Source: an uncultured Alphaproteobacteria bacterium
GTDB taxonomy: Bacteria; Pseudomonadota; Alphaproteobacteria; Rs-D84
Assembly (NCBI GenBank): GCA_944389265.1
Contig: CALXLS010000001.1
Location: 151,419 to 215,418 of the forward strand
DNA: 64,000 nucleotides
Direction: 5' to 3'
A program made the translations under genes and the position numbers. Below are positions 40,540 through 50,777 of this stretch, piece after piece; the first letter of the stretch is position 1; the number at the start of each line of letters is the position of its first letter. Below the pieces are notes generated by a model. That model did not search any database. It was not told the origin of the DNA and saw only the letters and a list, made by a program, of their open reading frames with translations.

Positions 40540-41910
40540 TTAATCTAATGTTCGTAAACTTATTCTATCTTCATCAACTATTACTAACTTACCCTCATTT
40601 ACACCAAATTTTCTTGCAGAATTAAAAGCATCTTTCTTAGCGAACAGGTCTTCATCATAAATAGGAAATACCCCACGTGCTAAGCATAATTGATTTGCAA
40701 TCAAACTTTCACGACAAACTGCAACAATTGGAATATCTGGCTTGCGGCAAGAAATCTGTGTTGCGATATCTGTATCACGCGCAAAAACAACTATTGCAGA
40801 GGCTTTGTTCAAATACGCCATTGATGCGACACTACGCGACCAATCATTTTCTGGTACATTTTCTACACGTGACCAATCATAAGGATTTGCAATCGCATCA
40901 CTATCTGCATATGACAAAATCTTCGTCATAGTTTCAATTACATTTACAGGATTTATACCTATTGTCGTTTCTTCTGATGTCATTGTAGAATCCGCACGCA
41001 AATAAGCGGTATTCGCAACGTCAGTTATTTCTGCACGTGTTGGGAATTCACTATTTACCATAGTCCCCAGCATTTGTGTTGCCATGATAACAGGTTTATT
41101 CATCTTGCGACATTCACGAATTATGTGACGAGAAATCGCAGGCAACTTTTCAAAAGGAACTTCTACTGCCAAATCACCACGTGCAATCATAATACCATCT
41201 GCAACCGCCGCTATTTCTGTTATTCTTTCAACAGCATTTGGACGTTCTATCTTTGCAATTATCTTTACAGGGTGCGAAGTACGCGCAACGATGAAATCGC
41301 GAACTTCTGCAATATCTTCTGGTTTCTGAACAAATGAGATTGCAACCCAATCTGGATTCTTGGTTAATGCATATTCCAAATCTTTTCTATCTTTTTCTGT
41401 TAAAACAGATGTTGCAATTTCTGTATCAGGTAAATTAAAACCACGTCTTGACCAAATTTCTGTTCCACGCAAAACAGTTGCTTCTACTTTACCGCTTTCA
41501 ACAGAATCTACTTTCATTTCTATTTTTCCATCATTTAGTAAGATTCTGTCACCTACTTTTAACGAACCTAAAACATCTGAATCTGGCAACTGAACACGTG
41601 TTGAATTACCTGGTGTAGAATCTGAATCAAAAGTAAATTTTTGACCTATGGTTAAAGGATATTTATCTTCTGTTTCAAAGTTTCCAATACGATGTTTAGG
41701 CCCCTGCAAATCTATAACAATAGCAACAGGCGTATTTAATTCAGCAGATATTTCACGTATCAAATCAATCTTTTTACCCTGAACATCACCTGTATCATGA
41801 CTGAAATTCAAGCGGCACATATTTACACCTGCCTGGATCATCTTTGACAAAGTTTCTTTATCTTCACATTTTGGTCCGATGGACGCTGTAATTTTTGTAA
41901 ATTTATTCAT
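40540..41910 (-). CDS. pyk: Pyruvate kinase
   Basis: RLNFSH, DLQGPK, IAKIE, MIARGDL, ATQML and PTRAE motifs. Confidence 0.95.
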   Translation of the reverse strand: MNKFTKITASIGPKCEDKETLSKMIQAGVNMCRLNFSHDTGDVQGKKIDLIREISAELNTPVAIVIDLQGPKHRIGNFETEDKYPLTIGQKFTFDSDSTPGNSTRVQLPDSDVLGSLKVGDRILLNDGKIEMKVDSVESGKVEATVLRGTEIWSRRGFNLPDTEIATSVLTEKDRKDLEYALTKNPDWVAISFVQKPEDIAEVRDFIVARTSHPVKIIAKIERPNAVERITEIAAVADGIMIARGDLAVEVPFEKLPAISRHIIRECRKMNKPVIMATQMLGTMVNSEFPTRAEITDVANTAYLRADSTMTSEETTIGINPVNVIETMTKILSYADSDAIANPYDWSRVENVPENDWSRSVASMAYLNKASAIVVFARDTDIATQISCRKPDIPIVAVCRESLIANQLCLARGVFPIYDEDLFAKKDAFNSARKFGVNEGKLVIVDEDRISLRTLD

Positions 41911-42001
41911 TTTTTCCTACTTATTTTCTAACTTTGTTTTTCTTGATTTTTGCGATTTATTGTATATCATAAGGTTCAGTAAAAGACAAGGGGAAATCTG
42001 C

Positions 42002-42250
42002 ATGAAAGAAGCAAATCACGGCGCAATTGATAATCAGCAATTGCTTAGCATAATTGAACGTATTGAAAAATTAAACGAAGAAACTGCGGCAATTGCAGCA
42101 GACATCAAAGAAATTTACAGCGAAGCAAAATCTGCTGGTTTTGATCCAAAATATATTCGCCAGATGATACGTCTGCGCAAGATGGATCCAGACGAATTGG
42201 ATGAAGCAGACGAATTAACACAAATGTATAGAACTGCTTTAGGTTTGTAA
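42002..42250 (+). CDS. GapR-like nucleoid-associated protein (DUF2312)
   Basis: QLLSIIERIEKL..E...IAADIKEIYSEAK..GFD...RQMIRLRK; start at MKEAN behind a GGGGA RBS. Confidence 0.88.
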   Translation: MKEANHGAIDNQQLLSIIERIEKLNEETAAIAADIKEIYSEAKSAGFDPKYIRQMIRLRKMDPDELDEADELTQMYRTALGL

Positions 42251-42564
42251 TGAAAAGATTTACAAAAACTATTGAAGATTTTAACTGCGCCCACTGTGGC
42301 GCAGTTGTTCATGGTAACGGTTATACAAACCATTGCCCTAAATGCTTGTGGTCGCGTCATGTCGACGATAATCCTGGTGACAGGGCTTCAAATTGCGGTG
42401 GAATGATGCGCCCTATTTCCATAGAAAAAAGTGGCGAGTCTTTCATAATTACTCACAAATGCGAAATATGCGGTAAAGAAAAGCGTCAACGTACTTCTGA
42501 TGAAGACGACATTGACGCAATAATAAAACTTACCGCAAATTCAGATTTTATTTTCGGCAAATAA
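42250..42564 (+). CDS. RNHCP domain zinc-ribbon protein
   Basis: FNCAHCG...YTNHCPKCLWSRHVD..PGDRA..CGG.M.P. Confidence 0.85.
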   Translation: MKRFTKTIEDFNCAHCGAVVHGNGYTNHCPKCLWSRHVDDNPGDRASNCGGMMRPISIEKSGESFIITHKCEICGKEKRQRTSDEDDIDAIIKLTANSDFIFGK

Positions 42565-42565
42565 T

Positions 42566-44134
42566 TTACTTCTTAGCAGCCGCTGCTATAAAAGCGTTAA
42601 ACATCGGATGCCCTGTAAAAGGACTGGATTGAAATTCAGGATGAAATTGACCTGCCATAAAGAATGGATGGTCTTTCAACTCTATTATCTCGGGCAATCT
42701 GCCGTCGGGACTGCGACCAGATATTACCATACCCTTTTGCGCAAATTTTTCTTCCCAAGATATATCCATCTCGTACCGATGTCTGTGACGTTCTGATATC
42801 TGTTCCTTCCCGTATACCTTTTCAGCCAAAGTACCTGATTTTATTATACAAGGGTACGCCCCCAGTCGAAGCGTTCCGCCCATATTCTCAGAATCATGGT
42901 CTGTCATTATATTTATAACTGGTGTACAATTTTTTGAAAACTCTGTTGAATCCGCATCAGAAATGCCTAAGACATTTCGTGCAAATTCTATTACTGCGAC
43001 CTGCATACCTAAACATATTCCCATATAAGGTATTTTGTTTTCACGCGCATAACCTGCTGCCGCAATCTTTCCACTGACACCGCGCGTACCAAAACCACCA
43101 GGTACTAAAATCCCGTCAAGCCCCGCGCCTTGCTCTGCCGAAAAATCTTCCGCATTTATTTTCTTTAATTTTACATGCACGTTATTCTGAATACCCGCAT
43201 GAAACAGCGCCTCATTTAAAGACTTATAAGCATCAGGAACATCAAAATATTTTCCAACAATACCTATCTTTACTTCTGGTAAGTCCGCAGATAAATACCG
43301 TTCTATCTTTTGAAACTTATCCATATTACCTGTTGCAGGTGGTAAATCAAAATGCTCGGCAATAATATCAAATACATGCTGCGCATCATACGCCAAAGGT
43401 ATCTTATATATATTATCAACATCCATACCACTTATTACATTCTTGGCCGGTAAATTACAGAACATACCTATCTTTGCTCTTTCTTCCGCTGACAACATTC
43501 TGGGGGTACGCACTATCAACATATCTGCCTGAATACCATTTTCTAATAATTCACGTACAGACATCTGGGTCGGTTTCGTCTTTAATTCACCGCTTTTTTC
43601 TAAATAAGGCGCCAAGGTCAAATGCACAAACATTACATTCTTTCGACCGACATCGTTTGCAAACTGACGAATGGATTCTAAAAATATCTTGCCTTCGATA
43701 TCCCCAACCGTTCCGCCTATTTCACATACAACAAAGTCCGTGCCAGTCGGAGCACTTAAATATTCTTTTATCTTATTACTTACATGCGGTATCATCTGAA
43801 CTGTCGCCCCAAGATAATCCCCGTGACGCTCTGCATTTAAAACATCCCAATATATTCGACCACCTGATACAGAATCATTTCTTGATAATCTTATTCCTAA
43901 AAATCTTTCGTAATACCCAAGGTCTAAATCCGTTTCAAAACCGTCATTGGTTACATAAACTTCACCATGCTGAAAAGGTGACATAGTGCCCGGGTCTATA
44001 TTCAAATAAGGATCAAACTTTCGCGCATGAACCGTATAACCACGCGATTGAAGAAGGGCGCCACAACTTGCCGCCGCGACGCCCTTGCCTAAACTCGATA
44101 CAACACCACCGGTGATAAAAATATACTTCGCCAT
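42566..44134 (-). CDS. pyrG: CTP synthase
   Basis: TGGVVSSLGKG, DPYLNIDPGTMSP, GICLGMQ, ERHRHRYE and QFHPE motifs. Confidence 0.98.
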   Translation of the reverse strand: MAKYIFITGGVVSSLGKGVAAASCGALLQSRGYTVHARKFDPYLNIDPGTMSPFQHGEVYVTNDGFETDLDLGYYERFLGIRLSRNDSVSGGRIYWDVLNAERHGDYLGATVQMIPHVSNKIKEYLSAPTGTDFVVCEIGGTVGDIEGKIFLESIRQFANDVGRKNVMFVHLTLAPYLEKSGELKTKPTQMSVRELLENGIQADMLIVRTPRMLSAEERAKIGMFCNLPAKNVISGMDVDNIYKIPLAYDAQHVFDIIAEHFDLPPATGNMDKFQKIERYLSADLPEVKIGIVGKYFDVPDAYKSLNEALFHAGIQNNVHVKLKKINAEDFSAEQGAGLDGILVPGGFGTRGVSGKIAAAGYARENKIPYMGICLGMQVAVIEFARNVLGISDADSTEFSKNCTPVINIMTDHDSENMGGTLRLGAYPCIIKSGTLAEKVYGKEQISERHRHRYEMDISWEEKFAQKGMVISGRSPDGRLPEIIELKDHPFFMAGQFHPEFQSSPFTGHPMFNAFIAAAAKK

Positions 44135-44213
44135 AAGAACCTCCTTCTTATGGACTTCTATCATACGAAATTTTTCGTTGCCTGACAATAAAATAAATTC
44201 CTATACTTTCTGT

Positions 44214-46151
44214 ATGCAAGAATTCTGGCAAAATCAATCATTTAATATGTTCCTGTGGGTACCGTTCTTAATCGCGTTCGGTGCAGGTCTTTATTTCAAC
44301 CTGCCCACAGAACCCAATTTATGTTTTACAACAATTGGTTTGATTCTTTCAGTTGCAACTTTATTTATAACTAAAAGAATCTTTTTACGTGCTATATTCT
44401 TATTCATATTTGGTCTGTGTTACGCATCTATATTTACTCATGTTATCGATACACCTCAACTACCTAGAAATTTACACGACATCGAAGTCACAGGTACAGT
44501 CGAAAAGATAGACTATACCGATGACAAATCCAGAATTTATATAAAGACCAATGCCACAGAAATAAATGCAGATAGCAATAAAACTACTATTATCAGAGTT
44601 TCTGCAAAACCAGAACTAACATTGCCCGACATAGGTGATACGATAAAAGCAAATGTCGGTCTATTTAGACCGTCTGGTCCAGACGCACCGGGAACTTTTG
44701 ATTATGCACGTTGGGCTTATTTTAACCATCTGTCAGCAACAGGTTATATCAATAATTACGAAACTTTATTTTCATCAAAAGAAAGCAGCATAAGCAAATT
44801 ACGTGACCACCTACATAAAACTTCTAAGTCTTTCTTAGCAGATACACTTGTTCTTGGTTATAAAAGCGCAGTTCCAGAGACAGATAATAAAATATGGACC
44901 GCAACTGGTGTCGGTCATGTGTGGTCTATTAGTGGATTTCATATCACTCTGGTTTCTGGTTGGTTATTTGCTATCTTCTATTTTATATTTCGTGCAATTG
45001 CACCTATTACTAAACGCGTTCCAGCAAGAATACCTGCACTCGTCTTCGCTTGGGCAGGATTATTACTTTATCTTTTCTTATCAGGCGTAGATGTTGCAAC
45101 CGTTCGCGCGTTCTTGATGACGACGCTTATATTTGCTGCATTCATATTTGGAAGAAACGCAATTTCTATGCGGAATATTTGTGTTGCTTTCTGCGCTATA
45201 TTCCTTATGAATCCACACTATGTAATGCAACCTGGTTTTCAATTATCTTTCGCAGCTATATTCGGACTTGTTTGGTTATGGAACGATGTAAAACCTAAAA
45301 TACCGAATAATAAAATTTTAAAGATTTTATATACAGCAACCTTAACATCCATAGTTGCAACTGTATTTACTGCACCTTTTGTAATTGCTCACTTTTACAG
45401 TCTTCCTATTTATGGATTGCTTGGTAATTTAATCCTGCTACCTATATTTTCTGTCGCTATTATGCCACTTGTTATTCTTGGTACTTTAACATCAGGTTTT
45501 GGTTGGAATCTACCTTTAAACCTTGCAGAATCCATTTATAATTTTACTTTGGACATTGGTACAAAAATTGCCGAACTTCCTTACTCTACACTCACCCTGC
45601 CTCATATTTCAAATCTTGCACTTATGCTTTTCATAACTGGCTTTATGTGTTTGATATTCATCAGACCTGTAAAAATTAAACTTAACTATATCTTATTTTC
45701 TATTCTGACGCTCGCAGGAATTTCTGTTGTCGCACTTACACCAAAACCTATATTCTATGCAACAAAAGACCATGAGTTAGTTGCTTTTGTAAATAATGGA
45801 AAATTAGAATTTAATAAATCACGCGCTTCTAATCACTATTTTACTTTTGATACATGGAAGCAGTTAAATGGTGAAGCAACAGGTACACCTAACAAACGTT
45901 GCAAGCACGACAAAGGTTTATATTTATATAAAACAGAAAATTTCAATTTGGCTTACATGCAAAAATTTGTACCACTACAAAAGCATATCGCCAAACTATG
46001 TAATGATGATAACATAGACTATATTGTTTCTTACTTTTATATTGATGCACCAAAGTGCAATCATAAAATTTTACGTGACGGCTTTGTTATTTATAAATCT
46101 GGTAAAGTCAGTTATACAACAACTAATCGTCCGTGGCATAATCCGCACTAA
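44214..46151 (+). CDS. comEC: ComEC/Rec2 DNA uptake channel protein
   Basis: OB-like region with FDYAR, GVGHVWSISGFHI, RAFLM and GFQLSFAA; many TM segments; no recognisable MBL HxHxDH motif. Confidence 0.88.
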   Translation: MQEFWQNQSFNMFLWVPFLIAFGAGLYFNLPTEPNLCFTTIGLILSVATLFITKRIFLRAIFLFIFGLCYASIFTHVIDTPQLPRNLHDIEVTGTVEKIDYTDDKSRIYIKTNATEINADSNKTTIIRVSAKPELTLPDIGDTIKANVGLFRPSGPDAPGTFDYARWAYFNHLSATGYINNYETLFSSKESSISKLRDHLHKTSKSFLADTLVLGYKSAVPETDNKIWTATGVGHVWSISGFHITLVSGWLFAIFYFIFRAIAPITKRVPARIPALVFAWAGLLLYLFLSGVDVATVRAFLMTTLIFAAFIFGRNAISMRNICVAFCAIFLMNPHYVMQPGFQLSFAAIFGLVWLWNDVKPKIPNNKILKILYTATLTSIVATVFTAPFVIAHFYSLPIYGLLGNLILLPIFSVAIMPLVILGTLTSGFGWNLPLNLAESIYNFTLDIGTKIAELPYSTLTLPHISNLALMLFITGFMCLIFIRPVKIKLNYILFSILTLAGISVVALTPKPIFYATKDHELVAFVNNGKLEFNKSRASNHYFTFDTWKQLNGEATGTPNKRCKHDKGLYLYKTENFNLAYMQKFVPLQKHIAKLCNDDNIDYIVSYFYIDAPKCNHKILRDGFVIYKSGKVSYTTTNRPWHNPH

Positions 46152-46866
46152 CGAAAAATAATCCAGCGGCGGGCGCAGTAGGTCCTGCTGCACTACGATT
46201 TTTTGCAGCAAAAATTTCATCTATGTCGTATGGTTTTCCAAGTCCGATTTCTACCAAAGTTCCGACCATATTTCTAACCTGATGATGTAAAAAAGACCGC
46301 GCAGAAAATTCAAATTCTATCATGTCGCCATGCTTAGTTATTTTGCATAAATCCAAAGTCTTTATCGGGCTTTTAGCCTGACATTCTGCTGCACGAAAAC
46401 TTGTAAAATCATGATTACCAATTAACTTTTCAGCAGCATTACGCATCGCGCGCATATTTAATTTTCTTGGCACCCACCACACGCGTTTTTTATCCAGCAC
46501 TGCAGGCGCAGAACGATTTAAAACATAGTACTTATAATTACGACGAATACATGAAAAACGTGCATTAAAATCATCCGATACCTTTTCACATTTAAGCACG
46601 CTTACTGGCTTATCTGTTAAATAAAAGTTCATAGCACGCATAACTGTTTCAGGGGTCACGTCAGAATCTAAATCAAAATGCGCAACCATTGCAAACGCAT
46701 GTACACCAGCATCTGTTCTGCCTGCAGCAACAACATCTGGACGCGCGCTACAAAACTTTTCTATAGCGTCTTTTAACAAAGACTGAACAGAATCACCCTG
46801 GCGGTTTTCTTGCCAACCAATCAAATCTGTTCCGTCGTATTCAAGAGTTATTTTATATCTACTCAT
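46123..46866 (-). CDS. truA: tRNA pseudouridine(38-40) synthase
   Basis: EYDG, AGRTDAGVHA, HDFTSFR and SFLHHQVRNMVG motifs. Confidence 0.97.
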   Translation of the reverse strand: MSRYKITLEYDGTDLIGWQENRQGDSVQSLLKDAIEKFCSARPDVVAAGRTDAGVHAFAMVAHFDLDSDVTPETVMRAMNFYLTDKPVSVLKCEKVSDDFNARFSCIRRNYKYYVLNRSAPAVLDKKRVWWVPRKLNMRAMRNAAEKLIGNHDFTSFRAAECQAKSPIKTLDLCKITKHGDMIEFEFSARSFLHHQVRNMVGTLVEIGLGKPYDIDEIFAAKNRSAAGPTAPAAGLFFVSADYATDD

Positions 46867-46872
46867 TACAAT

Positions 46873-47121
46873 TTATCTAGTTTTGTAATTCATACAATTT
46901 TGACATTTTAATTTTTCTACACTCAATTTATCTAATAACAAAGCATAATTTTTACAATATTGGCAATCTAAACCCATACAGCCCAAACAACCACATTTTC
47001 CATAATCATTATATTCTGAAATACAGACATGCGCACCGAAAAAACCGCAATATTTTTTCTCTTCGCTTTCTGGTTTTCTAGAACAACTTTTATTTAAATT
47101 ATCACACGAATTTTGCACCAT
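46873..47121 (-). CDS. Small Cys-rich hypothetical protein (82 aa)
   Basis: AAAGGTGA RBS, several CxxC pairs, ends in KTR; sits in the fmt-truA gap. Confidence 0.55.
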   Translation of the reverse strand: MVQNSCDNLNKSCSRKPESEEKKYCGFFGAHVCISEYNDYGKCGCLGCMGLDCQYCKNYALLLDKLSVEKLKCQNCMNYKTR

Positions 47122-47137
47122 TTATATCACCTTTTTA

Positions 47138-47341
47138 TTAACGAGTTTTCTGATTAGTTTCATATTTTTTATCAAAAACAAACTTTTCACAAGTTCCATC
47201 AAAACTTACAGTTTCTGGACCAAATAAAATAATTTTTAATAAATTTCCCTGCCAACATACATAATGTCTACCATAAGCAGTACAATTTATACAATATTTA
47301 CACCAATGCGGTGGATATGATATTTTTTCTTTTTTTGACAT
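47138..47341 (-). CDS. Small Cys-rich hypothetical protein (67 aa)
   Basis: GAGG RBS, CxxCxxC, ends in QKTR. Confidence 0.55.
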   Translation of the reverse strand: MSKKEKISYPPHWCKYCINCTAYGRHYVCWQGNLLKIILFGPETVSFDGTCEKFVFDKKYETNQKTR

Positions 47342-47349
47342 TTTAACCT

Positions 47350-48156
47350 CTATTTGCCTAATTCTATTTGTGCATCACGCATACCATTTACAAAACTTTT
47401 CCAATCCATTGGTTTCTTTCCACTTGGTTGAACTTTTATAATTTCTAAGTTTCCGTCTTTTATGCGCGTTTCTAAAATCTTTACTTCTATTCCATTTATT
47501 TTTGTCCGCCCTGCGCCCAGCGCACGAATTTGATTATGTATTTGTTCTGGACTTCTTGTCCAATCTATAATCTCATCCGCACCAGTGAACTTTCTTGTAT
47601 ATGTGATTTCACCGGTTTGTGGAACAGGTTTGTACTTTTCTGGTGCAGATAAATAATCAACTACTAAACGCGAACCTATTTCTGATACTTTCTTCTCTAT
47701 CGTTTCATTTGTATCATCTTGTCCGATATCAAATTCTTGGCGTATATAAATATCGCCTGCATCCAATTCTGCCGTCATCTGCATAAGACATACTTCACTT
47801 TTTGTATCGCCATTATATATTGCAGTTCTTATCGGTGACGGCCCACGATAACGTGGTAAATCGCTTGGGTGAATATTTATACAAGGCGCAGAATTCAATA
47901 CATTTTCACGAAGTATTACCCCATAAGATATAACCACAACCATATCTGGTGAAAAATTATAATCACGAATATTTGTATAAACAGGCAGCCCCTTTGATTC
48001 TGCCCAAACATGCACAGGAGAAGGAGTTAAAATTTGCTTACGACCGACTGGTTTCGGGGCACGTGTAAACACCGCCAGAACTTCATGACCCGAATTTAAA
48101 ACCGCATCAAAAATTGGAACAACAAAATCGTTTGTCCCCATTAATACTAACTTCAT
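47350..48156 (-). CDS. fmt: Methionyl-tRNA formyltransferase
   Basis: MGTNDF, NIHPSDLPRYRGPSPI and LDAGD motifs. Confidence 0.93.
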   Translation of the reverse strand: MKLVLMGTNDFVVPIFDAVLNSGHEVLAVFTRAPKPVGRKQILTPSPVHVWAESKGLPVYTNIRDYNFSPDMVVVISYGVILRENVLNSAPCINIHPSDLPRYRGPSPIRTAIYNGDTKSEVCLMQMTAELDAGDIYIRQEFDIGQDDTNETIEKKVSEIGSRLVVDYLSAPEKYKPVPQTGEITYTRKFTGADEIIDWTRSPEQIHNQIRALGAGRTKINGIEVKILETRIKDGNLEIIKVQPSGKKPMDWKSFVNGMRDAQIELGK

Positions 48157-48653
48157 TTGCGTTTGCGCACCTTTCGCATTAACATCTCCCTTTTAACAGG
48201 AGACAAATAATCTATAAACAAAATCCCATCTAAATGATCTGTTTCATGCTGTACAATTCTAGCAGGCAACCCAGACATTTCTGCACGCATTAAATCACCG
48301 TTCTCATTGTTCCATTCAACCTCGACAGACGCAGGCCGCGTGACATTTGCATAAACAGGTAAATTATCATGTCCTAATACAGATAAGCACCCCTCTTCCA
48401 AAACGCAAGTCTCATTACTGCGTGTCAAAATCTTTGGGTTAATCATCTTGAACACTTTGCCACTATCTGGTTCCATCATAACCAAAAAGCGCTTTAATAC
48501 ACCAACCTGAGGTGCAGCCAATCCCACCCCATTCTGTTCGTGCATCATACCTACCATTTCATCCATAATATCTAAAACATCGGGGGTTATTTCTGTCACA
48601 AGTTCGCATTTTTCACGCAAAACTAAATCCCCACAAAGTTTCATTTGCAACAT
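48153..48653 (-). CDS. def: Peptide deformylase
   Basis: GVGLAAPQVG, EGCLS and QHETDHLDG motifs. Confidence 0.97.
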   Translation of the reverse strand: MLQMKLCGDLVLREKCELVTEITPDVLDIMDEMVGMMHEQNGVGLAAPQVGVLKRFLVMMEPDSGKVFKMINPKILTRSNETCVLEEGCLSVLGHDNLPVYANVTRPASVEVEWNNENGDLMRAEMSGLPARIVQHETDHLDGILFIDYLSPVKREMLMRKVRKRK

Positions 48654-48695
48654 TTATAAATCCTTTTATAATTGATTTTATCAAAGGAATCCCAA

Positions 48696-49574
48696 ATGAC
48701 AACTTATATTTTTGTGCTGCTATTCATAATAATAGCACTTTTGCTAATGTTATTATATCGCAAACCTAGTTTCGATATTTCTGCCCTGCGCGAAGATAAT
48801 GCCCGACTTCGTGAACGTCTGGCCGAACGCCTTGGTGCACTTAGCCAAAACGCTATAGAACTTAAAAACATCAGCAGCGATATTGCTAATTTTAAAAATA
48901 TACTTATGGGCAACAAACAAGCCCGTGGAACATTTGGTGAAAAACAACTAGAAGACATTGTTGCAGACATTATGCCACCCGAAAGTTATGAATTTCAATG
49001 CGTTTTGGAAACAGGTGTTCGCCCCGATTGTATAATCCGCCTTCCCTACCCGCCAGGCGACATGATTATAGATAGCAAATTCCCCTTGGAAAGTTATAAC
49101 CGCCTATGTGAAGATAAAAATGACGGCATGGCAAAAAAGCAATTCGAATTAGATGTTCGTAAGCACATCGACGCAATCGCAGACAAATATATAATTCCTG
49201 GTCGCACAGCAGAATCCGCAATGATGTTTATCGCGTCTGAATCTATTTTTGAAACATTGCATCGTGAATTCCCAGGTGCAATAGAATATGCAGCGCGAAG
49301 AAAAGTGTTTATTGTTTCCCCATCAACGCTTTGGGCAACTCTAAACACTATTCGTGCAGTATTATCTGATATAAAAATAAAACGCGTAGCAGACAAAATA
49401 AAAAAAGAGTTGGACTATCTTTTAACCGACTTATCACGCCTGTCAGAGCGTGCTGGGAAAGTACAACAGCATTTTGCCCAAGCATCTAACGACATTGAAC
49501 AACTACAAACATCCGTTAATAAAATTACACCACGTGCAGAAAAATTAAGAGATATGGATTTCGGTGAAGAATAA
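48696..49574 (+). CDS. rmuC: RmuC family DNA recombination protein
   Basis: RGTFGE.QL, RPDC, IDSKFP and MFIASE motifs. Confidence 0.9.
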   Translation: MTTYIFVLLFIIIALLLMLLYRKPSFDISALREDNARLRERLAERLGALSQNAIELKNISSDIANFKNILMGNKQARGTFGEKQLEDIVADIMPPESYEFQCVLETGVRPDCIIRLPYPPGDMIIDSKFPLESYNRLCEDKNDGMAKKQFELDVRKHIDAIADKYIIPGRTAESAMMFIASESIFETLHREFPGAIEYAARRKVFIVSPSTLWATLNTIRAVLSDIKIKRVADKIKKELDYLLTDLSRLSERAGKVQQHFAQASNDIEQLQTSVNKITPRAEKLRDMDFGEE

Positions 49575-49603
49575 AAAAAACGAAGATTTATTTCTTCGTT
49601 TTT

Positions 49604-49846
49604 TTATTTGTTTTTTTTTGACAATACTTTTTCTTCTAAGGCTAGTATTTTATTTTCTTTTTCCTGTATCGTTTCAATCAATTTATCGTTTTCTAAACGC
49701 AAATTCTCTATATCTTTACGATGCAGGACAATTTCATTTGAAAGTCTTTTTGTTTTCTTATGATTAAACAACAACATTATAAGCGCACCAGAAACCGCGC
49801 AAGTTATACCAACTGTTAAATCATATAAAACATCTGTTATTACCAT
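49604..49846 (-). CDS. Small single-TM coiled-coil protein
   Basis: Hydrophobic N-terminus followed by a heptad-like region; TATAAT ends 6 nt before the ATG. Confidence 0.6.
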   Translation of the reverse strand: MVITDVLYDLTVGITCAVSGALIMLLFNHKKTKRLSNEIVLHRKDIENLRLENDKLIETIQEKENKILALEEKVLSKKNK

Positions 49847-49879
49847 GCCTTAATTATATCAAGGCACAATCTGATTTCA

Positions 49880-50482
49880 CTAGGCTTGTTTTCTTAAACC
49901 TGTTTCACGGTCAACCCAAACCTCTTCATCTGCAATTTCCATCATTGGCATATCTGATTTGCTATCTGAATAAGAACGAACAACGTGCGGTATTATTTTA
50001 TTTTCTTTTGCCCATTCATCCATTGCATAAACTTTGTTTTGCCCCCAACATAAAAACTCATGTTTCCATGGTTTCTTTGAATCCATTTTAGAACACAATA
50101 TAGCATCAAATTTCATATCCTTTGCTAATGGCACAACCAAAAATTCTGGACTGGCAGAAATTAAAATAACCTTTCTTCCTGATTTACGTTCATTTTCTAC
50201 TTGCTCTTTTGACCAACCAAAACGCTCACGTTTGTGCTGTTTGATAAATGCAGGTGCAAATTCTTTTACCATTTTCGGTGTAATAAAACGTCTTATATTC
50301 CTACGCCACCACATACCAGAAGGATTTAACCAACAGGATATGTATGCAACACCCATAAGAGGCAAAAACAACCATGGTCTTATTGAATGTTTAAAACAAT
50401 ATTTACCGAATTCTACATTAGAATCTTTGGCAGACAATGTACCATCAAAATCAAAAACGACAACGTCTTCTTTTTTTAACAT
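49880..50482 (-). CDS. HAD-IB family phosphatase
   Basis: FDFDGTL, ISAS, K and YSDSKSD motifs. Confidence 0.85.
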   Translation of the reverse strand: MLKKEDVVVFDFDGTLSAKDSNVEFGKYCFKHSIRPWLFLPLMGVAYISCWLNPSGMWWRRNIRRFITPKMVKEFAPAFIKQHKRERFGWSKEQVENERKSGRKVILISASPEFLVVPLAKDMKFDAILCSKMDSKKPWKHEFLCWGQNKVYAMDEWAKENKIIPHVVRSYSDSKSDMPMMEIADEEVWVDRETGLRKQA

Positions 50483-50529
50483 GTAACTAATCCTTTTATA
50501 ATTTCCGTTGCATTATAACAACCTTTTCC

Positions 50530-50558
50530 TTGCACCGCAATTTTTATATTGTTATGAT
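50530..50558 (+). promoter_or_regulatory. Sigma70-type promoter for the structured leader and the 50778 gene
   Basis: TTGCAC-N17-TATGAT with an extended -10 TG. Confidence 0.65.
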
Positions 50559-50564
50559 AACTTT

Positions 50565-50777
50565 GTTATCAGGTATTCTGATAATGGGGTTTAGCGACCC
50601 GACTTAGACGTATGCAACACAACGTTATGTGATGCGATTTTTTGTATCTCCAACCTCTGGTTGGAGGGTGTGGGAATATATTGAATACCACCGCTATTTC
50701 TAAGATAGTCGCTAACCTCCAACCACCTGATTTTCTGGTGGTTTTTTCATTCATCATGAACGAAAAAGGAGGTTGGA
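50565..50777 (+). ncRNA. Structured leader resembling C4/CI antisense RNA plus upstream target sites and terminator
   Basis: Outer stem 50659-50667/50716-50724 encloses two hairpins; its loop and single-stranded sequences are complementary to upstream sites 50591-50598 and 50603-50608; overlapping terminator at 50721-50747. Confidence 0.6.

Noticed and set aside
50569-50757. 62-aa minus-strand ORF, or an Ash-like ORF, over the structured leader
   Set aside because: No RBS or recognisable protein features; RNA pairing on the plus strand explains the sequence better.
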